Origin: Caecitellus pseudoparvulus
Taxonomy: Eukaryota; Protista; Bigyra: Bicosoecida
DNA: 64,000 nt
Assembly (NCBI GenBank): GCA_965644315.1
Contig: CBFFRQ010000047.1
Location: 32,756 to 96,755 of the forward strand
Direction of reading: 5' to 3'
The position numbers were made by a program, and so were the translations under genes. This document shows positions 45,839 to 56,197 of the stretch, piece after piece. Each line of letters begins with the position of its first letter. Position 1 is the stretch's first letter. Below the pieces are notes generated by a model. It was not told the DNA's origin. It worked only from the letters and a program-made list of their open reading frames with translations, and did not search any database.

Positions 45839-48800
45839 ATGGCTCAGTCAGCTCGGGCAGGGAGTCAAGGAGGGAAGAAGGACATGGACTACAGCGACCT
45901 CACCTCCCGTGCCTTGGAGAGCATTCGTCTGAAGGCTTTTCAGCCTCAAATCGCCGCAGACCTGGCAGACAGCTCAACGCGTCGCAGAGCGGCCATCGCA
46001 GCTCTCACTCGCTACCACACGGAGTGGAGGGGGGAACTGGCACGGAAAGAGTCCACCGCGGCGAGCGAGCGGCACTCGAGACTGAGGGACAGCGCTCAGC
46101 CAGGCATCGCTGCTACGTCCATCTCTTTCAAGCGGGGAGGCGGCCGGTTTGGCAAGACGTCGCAGCGACAGCAGGCTCCCGAGGCTGCCTCGGGGGCGCA
46201 GGAGAACCTGCACCTGCAGACTCTGCTGCACATGGCGCAGCTGGAGCACGCATCACATGTAGAACGACTGGCAGAGCAGGCTTCCTTCGCAGTGCATGCA
46301 GGCGGGGCCAGCACAGCCTCCGTCTCTGCCGCTTCCACGCTGGTGCCGCAGTCCACCGCACACAAGTCGGACGCCGAGTCGCGTGCCGCGAGCATCCTGT
46401 CCACCACCTCCCTGGTGAACATGGCAGACAGGTCAGACCGCATTTCAGGCGCGCTGTTTGCGCGCGCCTTTGACTCCTCTGCTTCGGCAGCGTACGTCAG
46501 CGCCGCCTCTGCCGCCAGTGGGCTGGCAAGTGGTGCCACCCGTGCCACAGCCCCAGGTCCCGACTCAGGCCGGCGCTCGAGAGCAGGCAGTCGATCCAGG
46601 GGCTCGCCGTCCCAGTCGCCCGTCCTCAGGTCACCCTCCCCGGCAGCCGCTGCGCTGCAGGTGGCCAATGAGCTCGCTGCGCGAGGGGATGCGGAGTCTG
46701 GGCGGGCAGGGCTGCTGCACGCTGTCGCGCCTTGCCACGCCACGGCGCCCCAGGCAGTCAAGGAGGCGTACTTTGGCTCGGGGCGCAAGTTTCACTACTC
46801 TGGGGCGCCTGGGCGGTCGCGTGCGACCACGTCTTCGTCGGCCCGACGCCCCTCTCCCCGCCAGAACCGACGGGGCACTCCAGCTGCACAGGCAAGGGGC
46901 GTGCCTGGCGAGGGACAGGCGCGTGGCAGTGGCGGGGGTCCAGCTGCTGTGAGCCGCAACATGTTGCGCCTGCGCGGCATTCCGCACATCCTGCCAGCCT
47001 ACGCGACAGCACGGGAGGCGGAGGTCGAGGCAGAGGCAGCTGCCCGTGAGGCGGCGGAGGCCAAGGCAGCCGAGCTTGCTGAGTTGCGCACGCCTCGGCA
47101 CCGGCCCAAGCACGCTGCGTCGGCCTTCGCCCGGCCCCATACGCCGTCCACAGGTCAGAAGGCAGTGGACGCACTGGGCGCTCGGTTGGACTGGGAGGCA
47201 CACGCCAAGGCAGCGAGTGAAGTGACCAGTGTCAGCACTCGTGCTCGAGGTGGGGGTGCCGCCACCATCGGGCTGCTGTCAGCTGCTCTGGGGGATCGGA
47301 AGGACGCCGCTGCAGAGGAGCTGGAGGTGGCAGCAGCGGAGGCAGAGTGGCGGGGCGGGTCCGAGGCGGGGCAGGGCAGGGATGGCGGGCTTGCCGCGGA
47401 GCAGCCTGCCCATGTGGGCATCATCCCCTCCCACAAGGGCGTCAGCGGCGTCCTGGAGCGCATGCTGGAGGGGGCCCACGAGGACATGGCGGGGCGCGGC
47501 AGCAACAGCCCGCCCGCCACCTCCACGAAGCAAGTGAACTATGCTGACCTGCTGGGCCCCCGAGACATGGCAGCAGTGGAGGAGGGCGGCGACGGGGAGG
47601 GGGAGGAGATGCAGCGAGAAGTCCTGCTGTCTGCCGACGCCACCTCCAACGGCATGCAGGAGGACGGTTCCTCGGCCGTTCCACGGCCCGGCGACTTCAA
47701 CGTGAAAGGGTACCTGCGACGCATGGTGGCGCCAGACGAGGCGGCGGTGCGAGGCTGGACGGAAGTGCTGCTGAAGCACAAGTCCTTCCGCACGGGGCGG
47801 GAGCTGGCGGCGTTGGAGCGCGAGCTGACGCCGCTGGTGCCGTGGCTGCAAATGCTGACCCGGGAGCTGCGGGCGGACGTCTTCGAGGAGGGCACGGCGG
47901 TGCTGCTGGAGCCAGGGCACACGCTGTTTCAGCAGGGAGACGTGGGCGCCGACTTCTACATCATCCTGAACGGCACGGTGGACATCGAGGTCACCGCCAG
48001 CAAAACCACCGACGCGCGGGACCTGTGGAAGCTGCAGGAGGCCACTGCCAGCCAGCGGGCTGTGCCCACCCTCGCGCAGCGCCGGCACAACACGGGGTCT
48101 GACTTGACAGGACGTGCCATGCCCAGCATGGCCGGCGCAGAGGACGTCGGGTCTGGGGAGGCCAGGCAGTCCCAGGGTCGCCTGCTGTCTGACGACGACG
48201 AGGGGCGGAGTACGTACAAGCCCCCCACAGGTGTGACGGTGTGCAGCACCACCCTGCTGTCTTCAGCCCGTCTCGTGTCTCGGATGGGGGAAGGTTTCGA
48301 AGGCAAGGCCAGCCCTGCGGCGCCGCCCGAGACGACGGAGCAGCTGCGGGGTGCGATGGGTGCGAAGGGGAAGCGGGGTGGCCCAGCCAAGGCGCCTGCA
48401 GACTCCTCCGGCACTGTCGTCATCAACACACTGGGGGCCTTTGACTCCTTTGGCGAGGGCGCGTTGCACTCGCTCAGCGGGGCGGGGGAGCGCCAGGCCA
48501 GCGTCGTGGCCCGGGACAAGTGCGCCCTGCTGGCGCTCAAGGCGGCCGTGTACCACCGCGTCATGCACGCTGCGCGCATTCAGCTGGTGGACAAGGCCAC
48601 CGACGCCCTGCGCCGCACAGCACCCTTTATGGCGTGGCCTATTCCCTCCCTGCAGCGCGGGCTGGGGCTAGCTCAGGCGGACATCGAGGCCCTGCATGCA
48701 GCGGAGATGGCACGCCGAGCCGCGCGGGATGCCCGGCGGGCGAAAATGATGCAAGCGGACCCCTCCATGCCGACGCTCGCTGCGGACTCAGACGCCCCTT

Positions 48801-51800
48801 CGCATTCCCAGAAGGACGGCAGAGAAGGTTCCGCTGACAGCGCTGGTGTCAGTGCCGGCGGTGGAGAGAAGGAGGGGCCGGCAGAGCAGGCGAAGGCTTC
48901 GCCGGCGCAGCTGGCTCGCATGCAGTCTGTGCGCATCACATCTGCCGCTGGCGCCTTCCTGGGCTCTGAGGCGGACACATCCTTCCTAGGCAAGCATGCC
49001 GTGCCCAGTCGAGCGTCAGGGACGCGCTGCAGCGGTACAGAGAGCAAGGAGGCGACGGATCCACAGGCAGATGACAAAGAGGGCAGTGACGTGGAGCGTA
49101 GCTCGGAGTTCGTGGGCGTTGCTGGGGGGGAGGCTGCAGCTGACGAGGGGGGCGAGGGGGGCGAGAGGGGCGAGGGGGGCGAGGGTGCTACGCTGCTTCC
49201 CCACGGCATTGAGTGGTGGAAAGTTGTGCTGGGCGTGACACACCTGGTTTACTCTCCAGGCGAGATCATCGTGCCGCAAGGGTCCCCCGCGCATGGTTTC
49301 TTCATCATCTTGCTGGGGCACGCTCGCGTTGTGCGGGCGCTGCCTGTGCCTGCCCAGCTCGCCCACGGGCTAGTGGGCATCTCCAAGCTGCAGGGGTACA
49401 ACTCCTACGACGCTGTGTTGGCGTCCCCCGCTCTGCAAGCCATGGCCAAGGCGGAAGGGGCTGCCTCCTCCGCCCGCCAAGCTGGGGACCTGGGCGCTGC
49501 TGCCAAGGCCCCAGGGGCACGCAGCCAGCCTGCAGCCTCCACGGCCACACTGGAGGGTGCGACCCTGCAGGGTTCGGCGTCGGCGTCTGGCCCCAGCTCC
49601 AGCCTGGCCAGCCTGGTGAGTGCGGTGAGTGGGCAGGGCCAGGGCGTAGCTGCATCGCTGTCCAGCGTGCTTGCCAAGGAGGGTGCCGTGAAGGGCACCG
49701 TGCACGTGCAGGGTGGTGGCGGGCCTGCGCCCCTGCCCGAGGAGGTGTCCCCGCCGGGGTCCGTGTCCCTGCCAGTGGAGCTCATGCAGCTGCGGCCGGG
49801 GGACAGCTTCGGCTGGACGGACACCCTGCGCACTGCCACGGAGGAGGAGCTGCACCACGGCCCCCTGTACCGGGCCATCTGGGGCGGCAACAAGCTGCAG
49901 CGCGCACTGCGCAAGCTCAAGTTAACGCGCAAGTTCGGCCTCACTGGTGCCTCTGCGCTGAAGGCTCGTGTGGCCAAGCGGCAGGCTGAGGGCGCACGGC
50001 CCTCGGCAGCGGTAGCAGGCGCCGTCGCAGACGCCATGGCTGCGGCACGACGTGGCGACATTCCCTCCGCCGAGGATGGCAAGGTGAACCTGGGGGCTGT
50101 AGTGGGGGAGGATGGCATGTTCCGAGGCGCGAAGGGGCAGGAAGGCTCCAGCATGGCGCAGGCCAGGGCAGCGGTAGCCTCCTTCCGACCCGACATTGTG
50201 TCGGCTGCGGAGGACGCCAGCAGCACACCCGGCTCCTTGCGGGGCCTGGACGCGGCGGAAGCGCACCTGCAGGCGCGATACCAGTTCAGCCTGGTCGCAG
50301 AGGAGCGCGTGGAGGTGTTGTACTTTCCCCGAGAGATGGCCATCCGCCTGGCCAACACCATGCCCCAGCGGTCTGCGGGGGCGTACACTGCCCAGGCCCG
50401 CGTCACGCCCACGGACGAGTTCATCTTGGACAAGCTGACGCGGTGGTACAACTGGGACCTGTACCGCCTGCGGTCCTCCTTCCTGCTGAACACGCACCCA
50501 AGTGTGGCAGTGGGGCCGCGGCAGCCCCGTTCCGCCGCCCTCGTGGCTTCAGCGCGGGACCTCCGCGCCGACGTGGCTGGCCTGCACACCAAGGACGCCG
50601 GGCTGGGGCTGAAGTTCCAAGGTCAGGTGGTGTCTTCTGCGAAGTTGGTCCGGGAGGCACAAGCCCGGGCCCGGCACAAGGCGGCCATGCTGGGGCTGGT
50701 GCCCAGCTCAGGCCTTGGGCAGGGCGCCCCATCCAGTGCGGCAGGGGAGGGGGAGGAAGAGGGGCCCGACGCCGACGCCATCTCCACTGGCTTGACTGCG
50801 GTCGTGGACGAAGTCGTGGCAGAGAAAGCGCGAGGTGCCGCCGCGTCCCCCACCGCCAGCAGCCCCTCCCACCGCCGCGAACGTTCAAACTTGGGCGGCA
50901 TCGGCACGAACTCGCCCCGGTCAGGCGGCAACCACGCCATCCCAGCGCTGCGAGCGGGGTTGAAGTTTAAGGTGGCGCCCATGGAGGAGTCAGCCCTCGC
51001 CCGGTCTGGCAAGGGCACCTTGTCCCTCTTCGCCCGCCGGCAGGTGGAGGCGTCCGCGGTGGCCAGTGTCGTACGTGACGGCGCTGGCCAGGACCAGGCG
51101 CCCTCCAAGCAGGGCAGCCACACGCGGAGTGCAAGCTCCGTGCCCACGGGGCAGCTGTCCCCGCGAAACCGCTCGTCCCTGGGCTCCTATGTGGACACAG
51201 CCTCCCACGCAGCCATGTACGGGGAGAGCACGCTGCACTCTGCCCACCGCATCGCGGGGCGCGCCTCGGCGCGGCACAAGCGCATGCTGGAACGAGTGGC
51301 CTCTAGCAAGGATGCCGGGGGCCTCGCGGCAGCCGCTGCAGAGCGACACCGCCAGCACCACCCCACGTCACCCACCAGTCCCGCCATGTCCCCTTCCAGC
51401 TCGGCCCGGTTCACATTCACAGGGACTGAGAGCAAGAGCTCCGCTGACCATGCGACAACGACGGCTCGACTGCCCGCCAAGCGAGGTGTGCGGCCTGGTC
51501 CGCCCAAGCTGTCACAGAGGGCTGCCGGGAGGAAGGGCGGGGGTGTGGCGAAACGGGCTGGGCGCAAGCAACGGGCTGGGAAGGGGGGGTCTGCCCCGGT
51601 GGTGCCCCCCTTGGACTTGGGCTTCTCAGGCTCCTCCTCCGACGAGAGCCCCGAGATCGCGCGCCTGTACAAGCTGTACGAGATCAACAACTTTAACACG
51701 GGGAAGTACCTGGTGTCCGACGCGCCGCACATGCTGCCACTGCCAGTGCCCGCTCACCTCCCCGAGGAACTCTTCATTAACTCGGATGGCGCGTCTGATT

Positions 51801-54800
51801 CCTCGGGTGAGTCCACCTCCTCATCTTCGGCCTCTGACACGCCCTCCAGCTCCGAGCACAAGGCCGGGGGTGACGCACGCACCGCGAGTCCGACTGGCGA
51901 CGCCGCCTCGGACGCCTCCAGCGAAGTGGCTGCGGAGGAGGTTGGGCGGGATCCAGTGGCAGACATCCCGTACATGCACCCGGACATGGTGCATGGCTTT
52001 TACCTCGTGGACCCTGTCCAGGCAGGGGGAGGCCGCACGGCGTCTGCCCAGCACCTGCAGCGCCGGCTGAAGCCACAGGGCAGCTCCACGGGCACCCTGG
52101 AGCGGACCCCGGCGCCGCCAGGCAAGGCTGGGCGGCGGTCCCCTCGGGACGTGTCTCAAGGTGCCGAGGACGACTCCAAGCCCGCCACCGCAGACTCTGC
52201 AGCTGGCTTCGTCGTGGCCAATGTGCGGAAGGAGGTGCGCCGGCGCCGCCGAGCGGCCGAGCGCTCAGCCAAGCGTGCCGAGCGTGAGGCGAAGAAGCGC
52301 AAGGAGTACCAGGCGGAGCAAGCCCGGCGTGCGAAGGCACTGCTGGGCCGGGCCAAGGGCCAAGGCCCCGACGAGGCGCAGGAGGTGCCTGAGACTGCCG
52401 CTGAGCGGCGGCGGCAGGCAGAGGAGCGGCGTGCGGCACGGCTGAGGCGCCGGGCCCGTCGGCGGCAGAAACGCCTCGTGAAGGCTGCTCGGGCGGCAGA
52501 AGCTGGGGCTGATGCGTCGGGCGGGCTGGGTGGGGCCAAGGTGCGACGGGGTTTCCGCACGGTGGCCGAGGCCGTGGCAGAGGGGGCTGCCGAGGGCATG
52601 GCGGAGCTGGGTGACGTGGGGCACATCTCCGTGGGCATCACATCGGACCGTGTGTCCCAGCCGCGCCTGTTTGCGCCTCCGCCCACCGCGCCTGCAGCCG
52701 CGCTGCTCGTGCCCTCCCTGGCATCAGCTGTCGTGGGCGCGGGGCAGGGCCAGCAGAACGCGCTGCAGCAGCTGCTGGCGACGACAAACCTAGCCACAGC
52801 AGACGGCCGCCCCGTGACGCCCTGCACGGCCACGGCCCTGAGCCTGGTGGACCCTGACTCGGCCCTGGCCTCTGCGTCGTCTGCGCTGGGGCTGGATGCG
52901 GCGCGGTTGCGGCGGGCGGCAGAGCGCGCCTACAACCCCAGCGGCACCGCCATGGCTGCCATGATGGTGGCCGTGCCCTCCCTCAAGCCCATCGCGCCGC
53001 GGTCCTACTTGCAGTGGGGCAAGGAGGCCGGCACCAGCGCGCTCAGTGACTCCCGTGCCCGGCGTGGGCGCATGACGGCCATGGATGCTCGCGCCAAGCA
53101 GCGCCCAGCTGCCGTGTCCGCGATGGCCCGCCTGCGGGCGGGCCTGCCGCCGCCGCCGCCCAAGGACAGCCCGGCCCGCCCTCCCCAGCAGCCTGGGTCA
53201 GGCAAGGGCAAGGTGAACCCCGCCGTCGCCTCCGCATCGCAGGCGTTGCGGGCAAGCAAGCGGGCTCTGGCGCGGGACCGCAGCCAGCTGCACACGGCGC
53301 ACAACTCCGCCATTTCTGCCCAGCTTCTGGCGCAGCGGGAGGAGTTGATGATTCCGGGCGCCTTTCGGCGGCTGCAGCTGCGCAGTGGGGCGCTGGCGTC
53401 CCCCGTGCACGTCCTGCGCAAGCGCCCTGCAGAGCGGCGTGACCACACTCTGGCCAGCGGTGCAGCCAGCACGCGCCACAGCAGCCGAGGTGGCACGATG
53501 GGGGGTGGGCTTCGCATGGGTGGTGGAGGGCGTGTGCTGGGCCTGGGGGGGGCGCCGGTCGTGGACACCTCCTCCAAGGCCCACCTCCGGCGAGGAATCG
53601 TGGCCAGCCTCATGAGCCCCAGCCGCCGGCCAGAGGGCTCGGCGGCGTCAGGGCCACGGGAGGGTCGGGGGTACTTGCAAGCCCCCAAGCTATGGACGGC
53701 CACGTCAGGGGCAGCCCTGCCGACGCCGGACCCGCCCACACAGGGCCTGCGCGGCGTGCTGAAGGGGGGCGGCAACCGGGCAGAGGGGGACACCCCCACG
53801 CCCAAGCGCCGCCGCAGTGTCATCCTGTCACCCGCCCTGGACGGCTTCGGGGGCCGGGTCATCCCTGGCGTGGCGGCGACAGAGGACGGCGCCGTGCATG
53901 GTGCAGGGGCAGCGGGGGGCCCCTCCCCCGCCGCCCAGTGGTCCGAGTACGTCGCCCACCGCCCCGCGCCGTACAAGGCCGCCCTCATGAACCTGCCAGA
54001 CGACGCGCGCGACGTGCGGTACGACGCCGCCATCGGCGCCGTGGTGGCCACCGTGACCCGGGAGGTGGCCGAGGGGCAGCTGGAGCCAGACGTCCTGGTG
54101 CGCATGACCATGGGTGGCGGCGCACGGGAAGCTGCGCGCGCACGGCGACGCCAGAGCATCCTGGCCGCCAACCGGCACGTGGCCGCTGAGCAGCTGGATG
54201 TGGCGGCGATTGTGCAGGGGCGCAAGGCTCGCTTGGTGGCGGGCGGTGGCAGCCCCACGGCGTCTGTCTCCAGCGAGGATGAGGAGGCGGAGGGAGATGC
54301 CGCCGCTTCGGCTGCTGGGGCCTCAGACGCCACTCGGCGCATGCAGGACTTCACCATCATCGTGTCCCCCTCCGGCGGCATCGTCGTGCCGGCCGTGGAG
54401 TCCGAGGCCCAGCACATCCTGAAGCCGCACACCGGGGCGGCCCGGCGTGCCAGTACGGACGCCTCCACCACGTCCCCTCGCCGGCGCCGCTCCTCACTCA
54501 TGCGCCGCCCACGCCTGGCCTCGGGCACCGCCTCCCTTGCCGGCAGTTCCCGGCACGGTGGCGATACCCACCGCCGACAGGGGGAGGGGACGGAGCGCGT
54601 CGCCCAGAGCGAGCAGGCCAAGTGGCTGTCCCGTGTGCGGCCCCTCATCCCCGGCGTCACGGCGCCACCGGCAGACTTCATCCGTCAATTCCTCGCGGAA
54701 GTGGATGAAGGCGGGCCGGGGGCGTCGGACCCACGAGTGCAGCTGCTGGCGCGGCACTGGCGGCGGGCGCTGTACTGGCGCATGCCGCCCCAGGACGTGG

Positions 54801-56164
54801 ACGCCTTCCTGCCTCAGAGTGTGGAAGAGATGGAGGTGCTGCTGTCTGTGGAGGCGCAGGCGCGCGCCGCGGCAGAGCATGCGCCGTGGCACCGCTCAGG
54901 GCGGGTGGACCTGCGCTCCGTCGTCGCGGGCATGCCGCCCGTGGCTGCTGGCCTGCGCGCAGAGCCGCCTCTGCACCACCGGCCCATGTCTGTGGTGTTC
55001 GGCGCAGACAGCCCCCGCCGTGGCCCGCCACAGGCCCTGACAGCCAAGGCAGGCAAGGGCGGGGGCAGTCCACGCCGCAGTCGCAGGAGCAGTGCCGGTA
55101 GCGTGGCTGGGCGGTCCTCTCCCCACAGCCCAGGCACAGACGGCGGCGGGGGCCGCGGCGACGCCAGCTCAGGCACGGGCGGTGAGGAGCGCAGCGTCAC
55201 AGGTGACTCCCACGGCAGCCACGCTGCCCCCACTCCTGGCGCAGAGTCCCCCCGCGCAGCTGTGCAGCCACCCAAGGGCGCACCAGCCGTGGCCACTGCC
55301 GACACGAAGCAGCCAGGGCGGGTGATCGTGCCGCTGCCCAACCCGTTCATCCACTTCAACTCCAAGCACGGGCGGGTGATGAAGACGGCCTCCTACGCCT
55401 CCCAGCGCCGGCTGGAGGCAGCCATTGCCGCTGAGGGCAAGGCCACCGCCACCATCCAGGCTGTGCAGGCAGCACAGGATGCCGCCGCGCCGGGGCACCG
55501 AGAGCGCCGGTCCAGTCTGCGGGAGGGAGGCGGCCGTGGCGGCGGCCCGGTACGAGGGGGCGAGGCCGTGCTGCCCGAGGACCTCGTTGTGCCAGCCGCG
55601 AACGAGACGGTGTGGGCGGGGCTGACAGCGGGGCAGGCACCGCCGTCGCCCCGCCCGGCAGTGCCAGAGGAGGCGCCGGGACTGGACGCCGACAGCGCAG
55701 GGGATGACGCCGACAGCGTGGACACGTACCCCGCCCCGCCCTCGGACGAGGAGGATGAGGGGCGCATGCGGGCCCGGCGCATGCGCCAGGAGCGGGAGGA
55801 CGCGGAGCGGGTCCGGGAGCTGGGCCCCGTCGCGGCCCTGGTGGGGCAGAGCGATGTCGGGCGTGTGGGGGGTGTCGTGGTGGGTGCCCCGCGTCTCATG
55901 CAGGCGGGCGGGGGCCGTGTCCGCCGCCGGGTGTACCTCACCCCCGCCGCCAAGCGCCGCAGCGAGAGGGCACGGGAGGCAGCCGCCTCCACCCAGTCCC
56001 TGGCGCCGTTTGACCCAGAGGACCTGTCTGCCGGCGCAGAGATTGCGCTGGGAGCGGCGTTCGCTGAGTCAGTGGGCGGCGGCGGAGGGGGTAGCGGGGC
56101 CTCTGGGCGCGGCGGGGCCAGCCCTCTGAACCGCTTCCGGTCTGCCAGCGTGGAGGGGCGCTGA
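45839..56164 (+). CDS. Giant (~3440 aa) intronless protein with two split cyclic-nucleotide-binding domains
   Basis: CNBD1: LFQQGDVGADFYIILNGTVDI...LGAFDSFGEGAL...RQASVVA. CNBD2: IIVPQGSPAHGFFIILLGHARV...LRPGDSFG...FSLVAEERVEVL. The remainder is low complexity. First ATG at 45839. Confidence 0.8.
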   Translation: MAQSARAGSQGGKKDMDYSDLTSRALESIRLKAFQPQIAADLADSSTRRRAAIAALTRYHTEWRGELARKESTAASERHSRLRDSAQPGIAATSISFKRGGGRFGKTSQRQQAPEAASGAQENLHLQTLLHMAQLEHASHVERLAEQASFAVHAGGASTASVSAASTLVPQSTAHKSDAESRAASILSTTSLVNMADRSDRISGALFARAFDSSASAAYVSAASAASGLASGATRATAPGPDSGRRSRAGSRSRGSPSQSPVLRSPSPAAAALQVANELAARGDAESGRAGLLHAVAPCHATAPQAVKEAYFGSGRKFHYSGAPGRSRATTSSSARRPSPRQNRRGTPAAQARGVPGEGQARGSGGGPAAVSRNMLRLRGIPHILPAYATAREAEVEAEAAAREAAEAKAAELAELRTPRHRPKHAASAFARPHTPSTGQKAVDALGARLDWEAHAKAASEVTSVSTRARGGGAATIGLLSAALGDRKDAAAEELEVAAAEAEWRGGSEAGQGRDGGLAAEQPAHVGIIPSHKGVSGVLERMLEGAHEDMAGRGSNSPPATSTKQVNYADLLGPRDMAAVEEGGDGEGEEMQREVLLSADATSNGMQEDGSSAVPRPGDFNVKGYLRRMVAPDEAAVRGWTEVLLKHKSFRTGRELAALERELTPLVPWLQMLTRELRADVFEEGTAVLLEPGHTLFQQGDVGADFYIILNGTVDIEVTASKTTDARDLWKLQEATASQRAVPTLAQRRHNTGSDLTGRAMPSMAGAEDVGSGEARQSQGRLLSDDDEGRSTYKPPTGVTVCSTTLLSSARLVSRMGEGFEGKASPAAPPETTEQLRGAMGAKGKRGGPAKAPADSSGTVVINTLGAFDSFGEGALHSLSGAGERQASVVARDKCALLALKAAVYHRVMHAARIQLVDKATDALRRTAPFMAWPIPSLQRGLGLAQADIEALHAAEMARRAARDARRAKMMQADPSMPTLAADSDAPSHSQKDGREGSADSAGVSAGGGEKEGPAEQAKASPAQLARMQSVRITSAAGAFLGSEADTSFLGKHAVPSRASGTRCSGTESKEATDPQADDKEGSDVERSSEFVGVAGGEAAADEGGEGGERGEGGEGATLLPHGIEWWKVVLGVTHLVYSPGEIIVPQGSPAHGFFIILLGHARVVRALPVPAQLAHGLVGISKLQGYNSYDAVLASPALQAMAKAEGAASSARQAGDLGAAAKAPGARSQPAASTATLEGATLQGSASASGPSSSLASLVSAVSGQGQGVAASLSSVLAKEGAVKGTVHVQGGGGPAPLPEEVSPPGSVSLPVELMQLRPGDSFGWTDTLRTATEEELHHGPLYRAIWGGNKLQRALRKLKLTRKFGLTGASALKARVAKRQAEGARPSAAVAGAVADAMAAARRGDIPSAEDGKVNLGAVVGEDGMFRGAKGQEGSSMAQARAAVASFRPDIVSAAEDASSTPGSLRGLDAAEAHLQARYQFSLVAEERVEVLYFPREMAIRLANTMPQRSAGAYTAQARVTPTDEFILDKLTRWYNWDLYRLRSSFLLNTHPSVAVGPRQPRSAALVASARDLRADVAGLHTKDAGLGLKFQGQVVSSAKLVREAQARARHKAAMLGLVPSSGLGQGAPSSAAGEGEEEGPDADAISTGLTAVVDEVVAEKARGAAASPTASSPSHRRERSNLGGIGTNSPRSGGNHAIPALRAGLKFKVAPMEESALARSGKGTLSLFARRQVEASAVASVVRDGAGQDQAPSKQGSHTRSASSVPTGQLSPRNRSSLGSYVDTASHAAMYGESTLHSAHRIAGRASARHKRMLERVASSKDAGGLAAAAAERHRQHHPTSPTSPAMSPSSSARFTFTGTESKSSADHATTTARLPAKRGVRPGPPKLSQRAAGRKGGGVAKRAGRKQRAGKGGSAPVVPPLDLGFSGSSSDESPEIARLYKLYEINNFNTGKYLVSDAPHMLPLPVPAHLPEELFINSDGASDSSGESTSSSSASDTPSSSEHKAGGDARTASPTGDAASDASSEVAAEEVGRDPVADIPYMHPDMVHGFYLVDPVQAGGGRTASAQHLQRRLKPQGSSTGTLERTPAPPGKAGRRSPRDVSQGAEDDSKPATADSAAGFVVANVRKEVRRRRRAAERSAKRAEREAKKRKEYQAEQARRAKALLGRAKGQGPDEAQEVPETAAERRRQAEERRAARLRRRARRRQKRLVKAARAAEAGADASGGLGGAKVRRGFRTVAEAVAEGAAEGMAELGDVGHISVGITSDRVSQPRLFAPPPTAPAAALLVPSLASAVVGAGQGQQNALQQLLATTNLATADGRPVTPCTATALSLVDPDSALASASSALGLDAARLRRAAERAYNPSGTAMAAMMVAVPSLKPIAPRSYLQWGKEAGTSALSDSRARRGRMTAMDARAKQRPAAVSAMARLRAGLPPPPPKDSPARPPQQPGSGKGKVNPAVASASQALRASKRALARDRSQLHTAHNSAISAQLLAQREELMIPGAFRRLQLRSGALASPVHVLRKRPAERRDHTLASGAASTRHSSRGGTMGGGLRMGGGGRVLGLGGAPVVDTSSKAHLRRGIVASLMSPSRRPEGSAASGPREGRGYLQAPKLWTATSGAALPTPDPPTQGLRGVLKGGGNRAEGDTPTPKRRRSVILSPALDGFGGRVIPGVAATEDGAVHGAGAAGGPSPAAQWSEYVAHRPAPYKAALMNLPDDARDVRYDAAIGAVVATVTREVAEGQLEPDVLVRMTMGGGAREAARARRRQSILAANRHVAAEQLDVAAIVQGRKARLVAGGGSPTASVSSEDEEAEGDAAASAAGASDATRRMQDFTIIVSPSGGIVVPAVESEAQHILKPHTGAARRASTDASTTSPRRRRSSLMRRPRLASGTASLAGSSRHGGDTHRRQGEGTERVAQSEQAKWLSRVRPLIPGVTAPPADFIRQFLAEVDEGGPGASDPRVQLLARHWRRALYWRMPPQDVDAFLPQSVEEMEVLLSVEAQARAAAEHAPWHRSGRVDLRSVVAGMPPVAAGLRAEPPLHHRPMSVVFGADSPRRGPPQALTAKAGKGGGSPRRSRRSSAGSVAGRSSPHSPGTDGGGGRGDASSGTGGEERSVTGDSHGSHAAPTPGAESPRAAVQPPKGAPAVATADTKQPGRVIVPLPNPFIHFNSKHGRVMKTASYASQRRLEAAIAAEGKATATIQAVQAAQDAAAPGHRERRSSLREGGGRGGGPVRGGEAVLPEDLVVPAANETVWAGLTAGQAPPSPRPAVPEEAPGLDADSAGDDADSVDTYPAPPSDEEDEGRMRARRMRQEREDAERVRELGPVAALVGQSDVGRVGGVVVGAPRLMQAGGGRVRRRVYLTPAAKRRSERAREAAASTQSLAPFDPEDLSAGAEIALGAAFAESVGGGGGGSGASGRGGASPLNRFRSASVEGR

Positions 56165-56197
56165 GGGACAAATGCATTCGTTCGTTCCAGGCGGCGG

